Below are positions 1 to 9,873 of a stretch of 64,000 nt of DNA, piece by piece. The stretch is from an uncultured Chloroflexia bacterium (GTDB taxonomy: Bacteria > Chloroflexota > Limnocylindria > Limnocylindrales > CSP1-4). Every line of letters begins with the position of its first letter. The first letter of the stretch is position 1. The DNA lies in NCBI GenBank assembly GCA_963788235.1, contig CAWBFV010000004.1:1012241-1076240 (forward strand), written 5' to 3'. Under the pieces are notes generated by a model. It searched no databases. It worked only from the letters and a program-made list of their open reading frames with translations, and had not been told where the DNA came from. The position numbers and the translations under genes were made by a program.

Positions 1-1321
1 CGCCGCCCTCGGCATCGTGCACAGCATCTGGCGTCCGATCCCTGGTCAGTTCGACGACTACATCGCGGTTCCCAAGAACAACCTCTACCAGTCGCTGCAC
101 ACGGCGGTGATCGCGATCGACGGCAAGCCGCTCGAGATCCAGATCCGCACCCATCAGATGCACCAGGTCTCCGAGGTCGGCATCGCCGCCCACTGGCGCT
201 ACAAGGAAGGCTCGAAGTCGGACCGCGAGTACGACGCCAAGCTCGCCTGGCTCCGCCAGCTGCTCGACTGGCAGCGCGACGTGTCCGATTCGGACGCGAC
301 CGAGTTCGTCGAGGGCATCAAGCTCGACATCTTCCAGGACCAGGTCTTCGTGTTCACGCCGCGTGGCGACATCAAGGACCTGCCGGCGGGCGCGACGCCG
401 CTCGACTTCGCCTACCGGATCCACACCGATGTCGGCCACCGCACGATCGGGGCCAAGGTCAACAACCGCCTCGTGCCGCTCGATTACCGCCTCAAGAACG
501 GCGACATCGTCGAGATCGTCACGACCAAGGCCGACCACGGGCCGTCGCGTGACTGGCTCAACGTCGTCCGGACAAGCCACGCCCGCGAAAAGATCCGCCA
601 ATGGTTCAAGCGCAAGGACCGTGACGAGAACATCGTCCACGGCCGCGAGTCGCTCGAACGCGAGCTGCGCCGCCTCGCGCGAACGACGATCGCGGCGGTG
701 GGGCACGACAAGATCGCTGAGGTCGCGAAGCAGCTCAACTTCGAGACCCCCGACGACTTCTACGCAGCCATCGGCTATGGCGCGATCGGGCCGCAGGCCG
801 TGGTCATGCGCCTGGGCGTGGTCGACGACGGCCAGAGCCAGCTGCCGACCGTCGCACCGCCGCAGCAGATCCCGCGGACCGGTGGGGTTCGGGTCAAGGG
901 CGTCGGCGACCTGCTGGTCCGCTTCGCCAAGTGCTGCCACCCGATCCCGGGCGACCCGATCGTCGGGTTCATCACGCGCGGCAAGGGCGTCACCGTCCAC
1001 CTGCGCAGCTGTCCGACCGTCGTGAACGAGCGCGAGGTCAGCCGCCTGATCGAGGTCGAGTGGGAGGCCGAGCCGACGCAGACCTACCCGATCGCGATCC
1101 GCGTCGAGGCCTACGACCGAACCGGGCTGCTCAACGACATCACGCAGGTCGTGGCCGAGAACAAGGTCAACATCGTGGCGGCCTCCGTCGGGGTCACCCC
1201 CGACCACACGGCGGTCGTCACGGCGACGATCCAGGTCCATTCGGTGTCGCAGCTGGCTCGGGTGATGAGCCGGATCGAGAACCTCAAGGACGTGATCAGC
1301 GTCCAACGCGACCTCGGGTAG
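1..1321 (+). CDS. relA: (p)ppGpp synthetase/hydrolase RelA/SpoT, C-terminal portion (5' end outside window)
   Basis: Translation shows the end of the synthetase domain (HTAVIAIDGKPLEIQIRTHQMH), a TGS region (VFTPRGDIKDLPAGATPLDFAYRIHT) and a C-terminal ACT-like region. The ORF runs to the stop at 1321 with no start inside the window. Confidence 0.85.
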   Translation, partial: AALGIVHSIWRPIPGQFDDYIAVPKNNLYQSLHTAVIAIDGKPLEIQIRTHQMHQVSEVGIAAHWRYKEGSKSDREYDAKLAWLRQLLDWQRDVSDSDATEFVEGIKLDIFQDQVFVFTPRGDIKDLPAGATPLDFAYRIHTDVGHRTIGAKVNNRLVPLDYRLKNGDIVEIVTTKADHGPSRDWLNVVRTSHAREKIRQWFKRKDRDENIVHGRESLERELRRLARTTIAAVGHDKIAEVAKQLNFETPDDFYAAIGYGAIGPQAVVMRLGVVDDGQSQLPTVAPPQQIPRTGGVRVKGVGDLLVRFAKCCHPIPGDPIVGFITRGKGVTVHLRSCPTVVNEREVSRLIEVEWEAEPTQTYPIAIRVEAYDRTGLLNDITQVVAENKVNIVAASVGVTPDHTAVVTATIQVHSVSQLARVMSRIENLKDVISVQRDLG

Positions 1322-1397
1322 GGCGACTCGGGGAGACGGCGATGCTCGCGGCGAGGGCGGTCGGCCTGACCCACGCCGACCGCTAGACTTCGGCGCG

Positions 1398-2723
1398 ATG
1401 CCGACGTTCCGCGCCGCGCGAGGCACGCGCGACCTGTTGCCCGACGAGACGCCGACCTGGACGCGCCTGGAGCGGTTGGCGGCGGACCTCGCGACCCGCT
1501 ACGGGTATCGCCGCATCGAGACGCCGATGTTCGAGCAGGTGGCGGTGTTCGAGCGGGGCGTCGGCGAGGTCACCGACATCATCGAGAAGGAGCTGTTCCG
1601 CATCGTCCCCCGCACCGAGGAGGGCGAGGCGTGGGCGCTGCGTCCGGAGCCCACCGCCGGCATCGTCCGCGCCTACGTCCAGCACGGCATGCAGACCTGG
1701 CCGCAACCGGTGAAGGTCTACGAGATCGGGCCGATGTTCCGATACGACCGACCGCAGGCGGGTCGGTACCGACAGTTCTGGCAGTTCGACATCGAGGCCA
1801 TCGGCGACGCTGGACCTGCGGTGGACGCCGAGATCGTCGAGCTCGGGATGCGCTACTACCGGGATGCGGGTCTTTCGGGTGTCGAAGTGCTGCTCAACTC
1901 GATCGGCGACGCCGCCTGCCGGCCGGCCTACGTCGCCGAGCTGACCGAGTACTACCGCGGTCGGGCCGAGGAGCTGCCGGCGCTCGAGCGCGATCGCCTC
2001 GAGCGCAACGTCCTGCGACTGCTCGACTCGAAGGACCCCGCGATGGCGCCGATCAACGCCGGGGCGCCGCGGATCACCGATCGGCTGTGCGACGCGTGTG
2101 CCGAGCACTTCGCGTCCGTGCGGGCACACCTCGACGCATTGGGCGTGCCGTATCGGCTGGAGTCAGGGCTGGTGCGCGGGCTCGACTACTACACGCGGAC
2201 CGCGTTCGAGTTCTATATCCACGGCCGAGAGGGGCAACAACAGGCCCTCGGAGGCGGGGGTCGATACGACGGGCTCGTCGAGCTGCTCGGCGGTCGACCG
2301 ACGCCTGGGATCGGCTTTGGGATCGGGCTGGATCGGCTGGTCCTCGCGCTCGCGGAGCAACGCGATGGTGCCGGCGGGGCCGCGGGGGCGGCGGGCCCCG
2401 GCGCCGACGCCCCGACGGCGGTCGTGGTCGGCGCGGACCCGGACGACACGGTGAGCCGGCTCCGGATCGCCACGGACCTGCGGGCTGCGGGGGTTACGGC
2501 ACGTGCCGATCTCGCGCGCCGGAAGCTCGGCAAGCAGTTGGAGGCTGCCGCCCGCGAACAGGCGCATTTCGCGGTGATCGTCGGCGACGAGCTGGCGGAC
2601 GGCGAGGTCCAACTCCGCGACCTGCCCGCGGGAACCCAGAAGCCGGTGCCGGTCGACGAGCTCGCGCGAGAGATCGCGCGAGCGCACGGCGCCCATCGTC
2701 ATGGGGGCGACAGCTCGGGCTAG
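1398..2723 (+). CDS. hisS: histidine--tRNA ligase
   Basis: The 441-aa product has a class II aaRS signature and a HisRS-type N-terminus (RGTRDLLPDE...YGYRRIETPMFE), plus a C-terminal anticodon-binding domain. Confidence 0.9.
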   Translation: MPTFRAARGTRDLLPDETPTWTRLERLAADLATRYGYRRIETPMFEQVAVFERGVGEVTDIIEKELFRIVPRTEEGEAWALRPEPTAGIVRAYVQHGMQTWPQPVKVYEIGPMFRYDRPQAGRYRQFWQFDIEAIGDAGPAVDAEIVELGMRYYRDAGLSGVEVLLNSIGDAACRPAYVAELTEYYRGRAEELPALERDRLERNVLRLLDSKDPAMAPINAGAPRITDRLCDACAEHFASVRAHLDALGVPYRLESGLVRGLDYYTRTAFEFYIHGREGQQQALGGGGRYDGLVELLGGRPTPGIGFGIGLDRLVLALAEQRDGAGGAAGAAGPGADAPTAVVVGADPDDTVSRLRIATDLRAAGVTARADLARRKLGKQLEAAAREQAHFAVIVGDELADGEVQLRDLPAGTQKPVPVDELAREIARAHGAHRHGGDSSG

Positions 2724-3061
2724 CGGGGCCCCCGAACGTCGCACCCACCCGTTGGTTGCACCAGACGCAAGATTCTGGGTTTCCCTTGCATCAGACGCAT
2801 CAACGGTCGCCAGGACACCCCGACCGAGCCCGAATCGTGCGTCCCACGCACGAAATGACGCAACTGGGCCAAACGCACATCGGATTCGTGCATCAGGCGC
2901 ACGGAATGAGCACGATTCCGAGCTCGCGGGAGGATCCGGCGACCGTTGATGCATCCGGTGCAACGCGCGGGGTGCGACCGCGGACTCGCTCGTGATACCT
3001 TCCCGGCGCCGCGCTTGCGCTCCTCTCTGGCCCTCCAGCGAACGCGGCCACCCGTCCGAGC
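2724..3061. promoter_or_regulatory. 338-bp AT-richer non-coding region with several short inverted repeats (e.g. TCGTGCGT-ccc-ACGCACGA, CGTGCATCAGGCGCACG); candidate promoter/leader or small RNA
   Basis: No credible ORF on either strand. GC is visibly lower than surrounding DNA. The TGCAYCAGACGCA motif occurs twice and there are multiple CGTGC/GCACG hairpins. Confidence 0.3.
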
Positions 3062-3364
3062 GTGCAGTCATGGATGAATCACGCCTTGGTTGAAACGCTC
3101 GGGTTCGCCGCTGCCTCGTGGGGGCTGCTGATGGCGATCTCCCCGCTCCTCCAGATCCGCCGGATGATCGTTCGTCGCTCGTCAGCGGACGTATCGATCG
3201 CCTACCTGCTGGTCCTCCAGGCCGGCTTCCTGCTGTGGGTCGGCTACGGCATCGCGCTGGGCAACCCGGTGATCGCGGTCCCGAACTCGGTCGCGGCGAT
3301 CGTCGGGGTCTTGACGATGACGGTGGCCTGGACGTACCGGCACGGAGCCCCAGCTACGGACTGA
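3062..3364 (+). CDS. SemiSWEET / PQ-loop small membrane transporter
   Basis: 100 aa with three predicted TM helices and a PQ motif (ISPLLQIRRM), which is typical of the bacterial MtN3/SemiSWEET family. Confidence 0.6.
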   Translation: MQSWMNHALVETLGFAAASWGLLMAISPLLQIRRMIVRRSSADVSIAYLLVLQAGFLLWVGYGIALGNPVIAVPNSVAAIVGVLTMTVAWTYRHGAPATD

Positions 3365-3403
3365 CTCCGATGAACAGCGCTTGGGTGCACACGGAGGTTC
3401 TCC

Positions 3404-3796
3404 ATGCAGACCCGCTCGTTCCCCTCCACCCCGGATGGCCGCTCGCCTGCCGGGGCCGAGGTTCGGTTCCTCATGGAAGGCGAGACCGGCAACATGATCC
3501 ACTCCACCGTCCCACCAGGTCAGGTGAATCGGGCGACCGTCCACGCCACCGTGAGCGAGTTCTGGCATGTTCTCTCGGGCGAGGGGCAGATCTGGCGACG
3601 AGACGGCACTGGTGAGGAGACGACCGTTCTGCGGAGCGGCGTTTCCATCGGCATTCCCGTTGGGACGGCATTCCAGTATCGCTGCACCGGTGTCGACCCA
3701 CTTCGGTTCCTCTGCATCTCGATGCCGCGCTGGCCCGGCGCGACGGAAGCGACGATCATCGAGGGGCCTTGGAAACCGAACGCTCCCGAAGGTTGA
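3404..3796 (+). CDS. cupin-domain protein
   Basis: 130 aa with a cupin-like beta-barrel sequence pattern (GEGQIWRRDGTGEETTVLRSGVSIGIPVGTAFQY). Confidence 0.5.
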   Translation: MQTRSFPSTPDGRSPAGAEVRFLMEGETGNMIHSTVPPGQVNRATVHATVSEFWHVLSGEGQIWRRDGTGEETTVLRSGVSIGIPVGTAFQYRCTGVDPLRFLCISMPRWPGATEATIIEGPWKPNAPEG

Positions 3797-3823
3797 CGAG
3801 GGACGCGTATCCGCAAGCGGCCG

Positions 3824-4204
3824 TCAGCCGCCTGCCCCGAACTCCAGCATCGCGATCAGGTTCCCGTCCGGGTCCTTGAACCACGCCGCCTTCCCGATCG
3901 GGAGCGTCGCGACGCCATCGACGGTCTTTGGCGACTCGTACTCCTCGAACACCACGCCACGGCGCCGCAGATCGGCGACCTCGGCGTCGATGCCCTTGAT
4001 CCGAAAACCCATCTGCGTGTGGTCGCCGCTCGCCTTGCCCGAGCTCCGCGTGACGACGAAGAACGTGCCGCCGCCGGCGTCGTAGAACACGCCCGCCGGG
4101 TTCTCCTCGCGCGGGACGAAGCCGAGGACATCCTCGTAGAACCGCCGCAGTCGATCGAGGTCCGGCGTAGGCATCGCGGCGTAGCACGGATGGTCCGACA
4201 GCAT
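3824..4204 (-). CDS. VOC/glyoxalase-family protein
   Basis: This is the C-terminal 126 aa of the long minus-strand ORF (MLSDHP...LGFVPREENPAGVFYDAGGGTFFVV...WFKDPDGNLIAMLEF), a typical glyoxalase/bleomycin-resistance fold. The remainder of the 2024-aa ORF is an artefact overlapping aspS, the EamA gene and typA. Confidence 0.65.
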   Translation of the reverse strand: MLSDHPCYAAMPTPDLDRLRRFYEDVLGFVPREENPAGVFYDAGGGTFFVVTRSSGKASGDHTQMGFRIKGIDAEVADLRRRGVVFEEYESPKTVDGVATLPIGKAAWFKDPDGNLIAMLEFGAGG

Positions 4205-4249
4205 CGGCTGATCCTCCTCGAGTGACGGTTCTCGTACGATACGCCGGCC

Positions 4250-6127
4250 ATGACGGACGGAGCCCCGAGTCTTGCCACGCCCTATCGCACCCATACCGCG
4301 GGGCAGCTGCGCGCCTCCGATGCCGGCTCGATCGCTCGGTTGGCCGGCTGGGTCCATCGGCGACGCGATCACGGACAACTGATCTTCCTGGACCTGCGCG
4401 ACCGGCACGGGATCACCCAGGTCGTCATCGACAAGACCGAGTCGCCGGCAGCCCACGAGATCGCCAGTCGGGTGCGAAACGAGTTCGTCGTCACCGTCGA
4501 AGGGGTCGTCGCGCCCAGGCTCGCCGGGACCGAGAACGCGCGCCTGCCGACCGGCGCGATCGAGCTCCGCGCGAGCGACGTGCGGATCCTCAGCGAGTCG
4601 AAGACGCCGCCGTTCTACATCAACGAACCCGACGCGCCGGTCGATGAGGGCCTGCGGCTGAAGTACCGCTACCTCGACATCCGCCGCCAGCCGATGGCCG
4701 ACCGGCTCCTCCTGCGCAGCCGGATGGTCCAGGCGATCCGCGAGGTCCACCACGAACACGGCTTCGTCGAGGTCGAGACGCCGACGCTGATCAAATCCAC
4801 CCCCGAAGGCGCCCGCGACTTCATCGTCCCGTCGCGGCTCCAGCCGGGCAGCGTCTACGCGCTCCCCCAGAGCCCGCAGCAGCTCAAGCAGCTGTTGATG
4901 GTCGCCGGGGTCGACCGCTACTTCCAGATCGCGCGCTGCTATCGCGACGAGGACCTCCGCGGCGACCGCCAGCCGGAGTTCACGCAGCTCGACCTCGAGA
5001 TGAGCTTCGTCGACGAGGCGACGGTGATGGACTTCGTCGAATCGATGGCGATCGCGGTGTCGGCGGCGACCACCCCGGAGCGACCGATCGCCGAGGTCCC
5101 GTTCCCACGCTTCACGTTCGAGGAGGCAATGGAGCGGTTCGGCTCCGACAAGCCCGACGTGCGCTTCGCGATGGAGCTGGTCGACCTCGCGCCGGCGCTG
5201 GTCGATGGCGGGGGCAACCCGGCATCCGGCTTCCGCGTATTCGATGAGGCGCTTGCTGCCGGCGGCCGCGTCAAGGCGATCGTCGGGCCCGGCATGGCCG
5301 GCATCACCCGGCGCGAGATCGACGAGCTGACCGACCGGGCGCGCCGGTTCGGTGCAAAGGGCCTGGCCTACATCGCGCTCGAGTCGACCGGCGAGATCAA
5401 GGGCCCGATCGTGAAGTTCCTGGCCGACGACGCGCAGCGCGCGATCATCGAGCGCTCGGGCGCGGAGCAGGGTGACCTCATCCTGATCGTCGCCGATGCG
5501 CCGGACGTCACGGCCGAGGTCCTCGGCCGGCTGCGCGTCGAGCTGGGTGAGCGCCTCGAGCTGGCCGACCCGAATGTCCTGTCGTACGTCTGGATCCATC
5601 GCTTCCCGATGTACAAGTGGGACGCCGAGCTGGGCCGCTGGGACGCGACCCACAACCCGTTCAGCGGCGTCGTGCCCGAAGACGAGGAGCTGCTCACGAC
5701 CGCGTCCGGTGACGCCTCGCGGCCGTCGCCGGAGGACCCGGCTGGACGCGCGAAGGCGCTGCAGTACGACCTGGCACTCAACGGTTGGGAGCTCGGTGGC
5801 GGGTCCATCCGCATCCACCGTCGCGAGCTGCTCGAGCGCAGCTTCCTGCTGCAGGGCCAGACCGTCGAAGGGATGCACGAGAAGTTCGGTGCCATCCTCG
5901 ATGCATTCGAGTTCGGGGCGCCGCCCCACGGCGGCATCGCGCTCGGCATCGATCGCTGGGCAGCGCTGCTCGCTCGCCAGACCAACATCCGCGAGGTCAT
6001 GGCGTTCCCGAAGACGCAGTCCGGCAGCGACCCGATGCTCGAGGCACCCTCGGAGCCCGATCCCGCCCAGTTCGCCGAGCTCGGGCTCACGTTCGTGGGT
6101 CTGCCGCCGAAGCCACCGGCGAGCTGA
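4250..6127 (+). CDS. aspS: aspartate--tRNA ligase
   Basis: 625 aa with an OB-fold N-terminus (GWVHRRRDHGQLIFLDLRDRHGITQVV), a class II core and the GAD insertion characteristic of bacterial AspRS. Confidence 0.9.
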   Translation: MTDGAPSLATPYRTHTAGQLRASDAGSIARLAGWVHRRRDHGQLIFLDLRDRHGITQVVIDKTESPAAHEIASRVRNEFVVTVEGVVAPRLAGTENARLPTGAIELRASDVRILSESKTPPFYINEPDAPVDEGLRLKYRYLDIRRQPMADRLLLRSRMVQAIREVHHEHGFVEVETPTLIKSTPEGARDFIVPSRLQPGSVYALPQSPQQLKQLLMVAGVDRYFQIARCYRDEDLRGDRQPEFTQLDLEMSFVDEATVMDFVESMAIAVSAATTPERPIAEVPFPRFTFEEAMERFGSDKPDVRFAMELVDLAPALVDGGGNPASGFRVFDEALAAGGRVKAIVGPGMAGITRREIDELTDRARRFGAKGLAYIALESTGEIKGPIVKFLADDAQRAIIERSGAEQGDLILIVADAPDVTAEVLGRLRVELGERLELADPNVLSYVWIHRFPMYKWDAELGRWDATHNPFSGVVPEDEELLTTASGDASRPSPEDPAGRAKALQYDLALNGWELGGGSIRIHRRELLERSFLLQGQTVEGMHEKFGAILDAFEFGAPPHGGIALGIDRWAALLARQTNIREVMAFPKTQSGSDPMLEAPSEPDPAQFAELGLTFVGLPPKPPAS

Positions 6128-6292
6128 CGCCGCGCTGACGATCGACCGCTGACGACCGACACCGGCCTCGGGATCGCCCCGCTCGACGCCATCGCGCGCC
6201 GACCGCGGCTGGCGGCGCTGGCCGGAGCGCTGTGCATCGCGTTCTCGGGGATCTTCTATCGCTGGGCGGAGGTCACGCCATCGACGGGGACC

Positions 6293-7111
6293 GTGTTCCG
6301 TGCGCTGTTCGGCCTGCCGCTGCTCGCGCTGGTCGCCTATGCCGAGCAGCGCCGCTACGGGCCGCTCCCGATGCGCGCGGTCCGGCTCGCGGCGATCGCC
6401 GGGGTGTTCTTCGCGGGCGACCTCACGTTCTGGCACCACGCGATCGAGTACGTCGGGGCCGGGCTGGCGACCGTGCTGGGGAACCTGCAGGTGCTGGTCG
6501 TGGGCGTGGTCGCGTGGCTGGTCTACGGGGAGCGGCCGGGTCGCTCGACGCTCCTGGCCGTGCCGATCGTGCTCGCCGGCGTCGTCCTGATCTCGGGCGT
6601 GGTCGGCGGTGGCGCCTATGGATCGGATCCCGCCCTCGGCGTGGTGCTCGGCGTGGCGACGGCGCTGTGCTACTCGGGGTACCTGCTGATCATCCGCCTC
6701 GGCGGCCGCGATCCCCGGCGGCCGGCCGGTCCGGTCGCGATCGCGACGGTATCGACCGCGCTGGTCGCGACGGTGGTCGGCGTCGTCGTCGGCGACCTCG
6801 ATCCCACGCCCTCGCTGCCGAGCCTCGGTTGGCTGGCGATCCTCGGGCTGACGTCCCAGTCGCTCGGCTACCTGTTCATCTCGATCTCGCTGCCGCGGCT
6901 GCCGGCCGTCGTGACGTCGATCATCCTGCTCGTCCAGCCGGTGATCACGGTCGGCCTGAGCGCGGTCCTGCTCGACGAGCATCCGTCGCCGACGCAGCTG
7001 CTCGGCGTCGCGCTGGTCATCGGTGGGATCGCGTTCGCGACCGTCCCGCTGGCTCGGCTTCGCGACACGGTCGCCGCCGCCCGCGGCCAGCCGAGCACCG
7101 CCAGCGACTGA
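6293..7111 (+). CDS. EamA/DMT-family transporter (N-terminus probably extends upstream to about 6173)
   Basis: Ten TM segments with EamA repeats. In-frame sequence upstream of the first canonical start (GTG 6293) already encodes the conserved first helix (LAALAGALCIAFSGIFYRWA) but contains no ATG/GTG/TTG. Confidence 0.7.
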   Translation: MFRALFGLPLLALVAYAEQRRYGPLPMRAVRLAAIAGVFFAGDLTFWHHAIEYVGAGLATVLGNLQVLVVGVVAWLVYGERPGRSTLLAVPIVLAGVVLISGVVGGGAYGSDPALGVVLGVATALCYSGYLLIIRLGGRDPRRPAGPVAIATVSTALVATVVGVVVGDLDPTPSLPSLGWLAILGLTSQSLGYLFISISLPRLPAVVTSIILLVQPVITVGLSAVLLDEHPSPTQLLGVALVIGGIAFATVPLARLRDTVAAARGQPSTASD

Positions 7112-7128
7112 CGGCGGACCAGCCGAGG

Positions 7129-7848
7129 TCAGCCCGCGTCGGCGTCGTCTTCCTCGGCCTGCGGGAACGGGGCCAGGCCGCGACCCTCGCCAGGAACGTC
7201 CGGGTCGACGCCCTGTTGCGCCACGTCGTCGCCCCATTCGTGGACGTGGCCACCGGGCGGGTCGGGTGGTCCCTCGTAAGCGGGTAGATCGGCGAACGGC
7301 GTGTCGGCGTCGAACTGCACGCCCGGATCGCCCATCTCGAGCGCACGACTGGGGACGGTCGCGACCAGCTCGTCGATGACGTCGGGCGGCATCCGGTCTG
7401 CCCCGATCGCCCGAAGCGCATCGAGGGCCGCCGTCGGGACCAGCACCGGCCAGCCGGCCTCGCCCTGCCACGCGGGTCGGAGCACGGTTCCCAGGTTGGT
7501 GCCGTGCGCCTCGATGAGCGAGGTCACGGTCTCGGGACCGACCCAGACCATGCGCGCGGGCCAGAGCAGCAGCGCGGTCGTGTCGCGCACCTCGGCGATG
7601 GCCAGCTCGGCGCCGCGGAGCATCTGGCCGACGGGACCGTGCTCTGCCGGGGCAGGGGAGCCGTGCGTCGCCTCGCTCCCGACGAGCGCCTGGGCAACGG
7701 CGCCGTCCGTGTCCGGCGACACGACGACGACCGGCAGCGCACCACCGGACCAGGCGATGTCGACGAGACGCCGCACCCGCGGTTGCCCTAGCGTGTCGGC
7801 GAGCGCGCCTTCGGCGGTCGCGGACAGGATCACGGCGGCGACGGTCAT
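7129..7848 (-). CDS. MobA-like NTP-transferase domain protein
   Basis: The N-terminus (MTVAAVILSATAEG...) is typical of the MobA/MocA nucleotidyltransferase fold. The C-terminal tail is acidic and Pro-rich. Confidence 0.45.
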   Translation of the reverse strand: MTVAAVILSATAEGALADTLGQPRVRRLVDIAWSGGALPVVVVSPDTDGAVAQALVGSEATHGSPAPAEHGPVGQMLRGAELAIAEVRDTTALLLWPARMVWVGPETVTSLIEAHGTNLGTVLRPAWQGEAGWPVLVPTAALDALRAIGADRMPPDVIDELVATVPSRALEMGDPGVQFDADTPFADLPAYEGPPDPPGGHVHEWGDDVAQQGVDPDVPGEGRGLAPFPQAEEDDADAG

Positions 7849-7903
7849 GGCCGCCCGATGCTAGCAGGCGGCCCAGGCAGCAGCGGGGCCGCTCGCGCTC
7901 GAT

Positions 7904-9829
7904 GTGCGACACTCCGTCGCCATGCCCGCCACCCGAACCCGTCACGACGTGCGCAACGTCGCGATCGTCGCCCACGTCGATCACGGCAAGACCACCCTCG
8001 TCGACGCGCTGCTCCGTCAGACCGGCGCCTTCCGCTCGAATCAGGCTGTTGTCGATCGCGTGATGGACTCGATGGACCTCGAGCGGGAGAAGGGCATCAC
8101 GATCCTCGCCAAGCAGACGACGATCGAGTACGGCGACATCCGCCTCAACATCGTCGATACCCCCGGGCACGCCGACTTCGGCGGCGAGGTCGAACGGTCG
8201 CTGCTGATGGTCGACTCGGTGCTGCTGTTGGTCGATGCCGCCGAAGGCCCATTGCCCCAGACGCGCTACGTGCTGCAGAAGGCGATGGCGAGGCGGCTCC
8301 CGGTCATCGTGGCGCTCAACAAGATCGACCGATCGGACGCCCGACCGGCCGAGGTCCTCGACGCGGTCTACGAGCTGTTCATCGACCTTGGCGCCGACGA
8401 ACACCAGATCGACTTCCCGGTCCTCTATACGAACGCCAGGGCCGGCACCGCGACGACCTCGCTCGACGAGCCCGGCGAGGACCTGCGGCCGCTGCTTGAC
8501 CTCCTGGTCGACGTCACGCCGCCGCCGACCTACGAGCCGGAGCACCCGCTCCAGCTGCTGGTCACGAACCTGTCCGCGAACGAGTACGTCGGGCGGATGG
8601 CCGTCGGTCGCGTGTGGAACGGCACCATCCGGGTGGGCCAGCGCATCACGGTGGTTCGCGAGGAGCCCGACGACACGGCGGGCTCGGTCGAGCCCGGGCG
8701 GACGGTCACGTTGAGTGGCGCCGTCACGAGTCTCCAGACGGCACGCGGGATCGAGCGCGTCGACATCACCGAGGCGCGTCCCGGCGACATCGTGAGCGTG
8801 GCCGGGCTGCCGGAAGTGACGATCGGCGACACGCTGACCGATCCCGGCGATCCGCGGCCGCTCCCTCGTCTCGACGTCGACGCGCCGACGCTGCGGATGA
8901 CGTTCGGCGTCAACACGTCGCCGCTCGCCGGCCGCGAAGGCAAGTACGTCACGAGCCGCCAGATCAAGGCGCGCCTCGACAAGGAGGTGCTCGGCAATGT
9001 CTCGATCGAGGTCCGCCCGGCCGAGAGCACCGACGCCTACGAGGTCCGCGGCCGCGGCGAGCTGCAGCTTGCTGTCCTCATCGAGCAGATGCGGCGTGAG
9101 GGCTTCGAGCTCACGGCGTCGCGGCCCGAGGTCCTGCTGCGCACGATCGACGGCGACGTCCACGAGCCGTACGAGCGCGTCACGATCGACATCCCGCCCG
9201 AGTACATCGGCGAGGTCCAGGGTGCGATGGCCGGACGCAAGGGTCGCCTCGAGCAGATGAGCACCGATGCCGACGGCCGGGTCCGGATGGAGTACGTGCT
9301 GCCGGTGCGCGGGCTGATCGGCTACCGCGGCCAGCTGTTGACCGACACGCGCGGCACCGCGCTGCTGCACCAGATCGGGGAGGGCTATGGCCCGTGGGCG
9401 GGCGACGTCACCCATCGCACGTCCGGCGTGCTCGTCGCCGATCGGTCGGGCGTCAGCAATGCCTACGGGCTGTTCAGCCTGCAGGAGCGCTCGGAGCTGT
9501 TCATCGATGCCGGGGTCGAGGTCTACGAAGGCATGATCGTCGGCGAGAACAGCCGCTCCGGCGACATGGACGTGAACGCGACCAAGGAAAAGAAGCTCAC
9601 GAACATCCGGACGCATGCCCACGACGAGGCGCTCCGGCTGACCCCGCCGCGACCCCTCACGCTCGAGAGCGCGCTGGAGTTCATCGCCGGTGACGAGCTG
9701 GTCGAGGTCACCCCGGAGTCGATCCGCTTGCGCAAGCGCCTGCTCTCGATGCACGAGCGGCGCCGCGAGGCGGGCAAGACCGAGGACCAACGTCGCACCA
9801 CGGAGCGTGAGCCGGCCACCGCAGGCTGA
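7904..9829 (+). CDS. typA: translational GTPase TypA/BipA
   Basis: 641 aa with a G-domain ([41 protein letters not shown]) and EF-G-like domains. Confidence 0.9.
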   Translation: MRHSVAMPATRTRHDVRNVAIVAHVDHGKTTLVDALLRQTGAFRSNQAVVDRVMDSMDLEREKGITILAKQTTIEYGDIRLNIVDTPGHADFGGEVERSLLMVDSVLLLVDAAEGPLPQTRYVLQKAMARRLPVIVALNKIDRSDARPAEVLDAVYELFIDLGADEHQIDFPVLYTNARAGTATTSLDEPGEDLRPLLDLLVDVTPPPTYEPEHPLQLLVTNLSANEYVGRMAVGRVWNGTIRVGQRITVVREEPDDTAGSVEPGRTVTLSGAVTSLQTARGIERVDITEARPGDIVSVAGLPEVTIGDTLTDPGDPRPLPRLDVDAPTLRMTFGVNTSPLAGREGKYVTSRQIKARLDKEVLGNVSIEVRPAESTDAYEVRGRGELQLAVLIEQMRREGFELTASRPEVLLRTIDGDVHEPYERVTIDIPPEYIGEVQGAMAGRKGRLEQMSTDADGRVRMEYVLPVRGLIGYRGQLLTDTRGTALLHQIGEGYGPWAGDVTHRTSGVLVADRSGVSNAYGLFSLQERSELFIDAGVEVYEGMIVGENSRSGDMDVNATKEKKLTNIRTHAHDEALRLTPPRPLTLESALEFIAGDELVEVTPESIRLRKRLLSMHERRREAGKTEDQRRTTEREPATAG

Positions 9830-9873
9830 TACCCTGCGCGCGCTGTGGGGAACACGGGAGGAGGGGTGGACCG

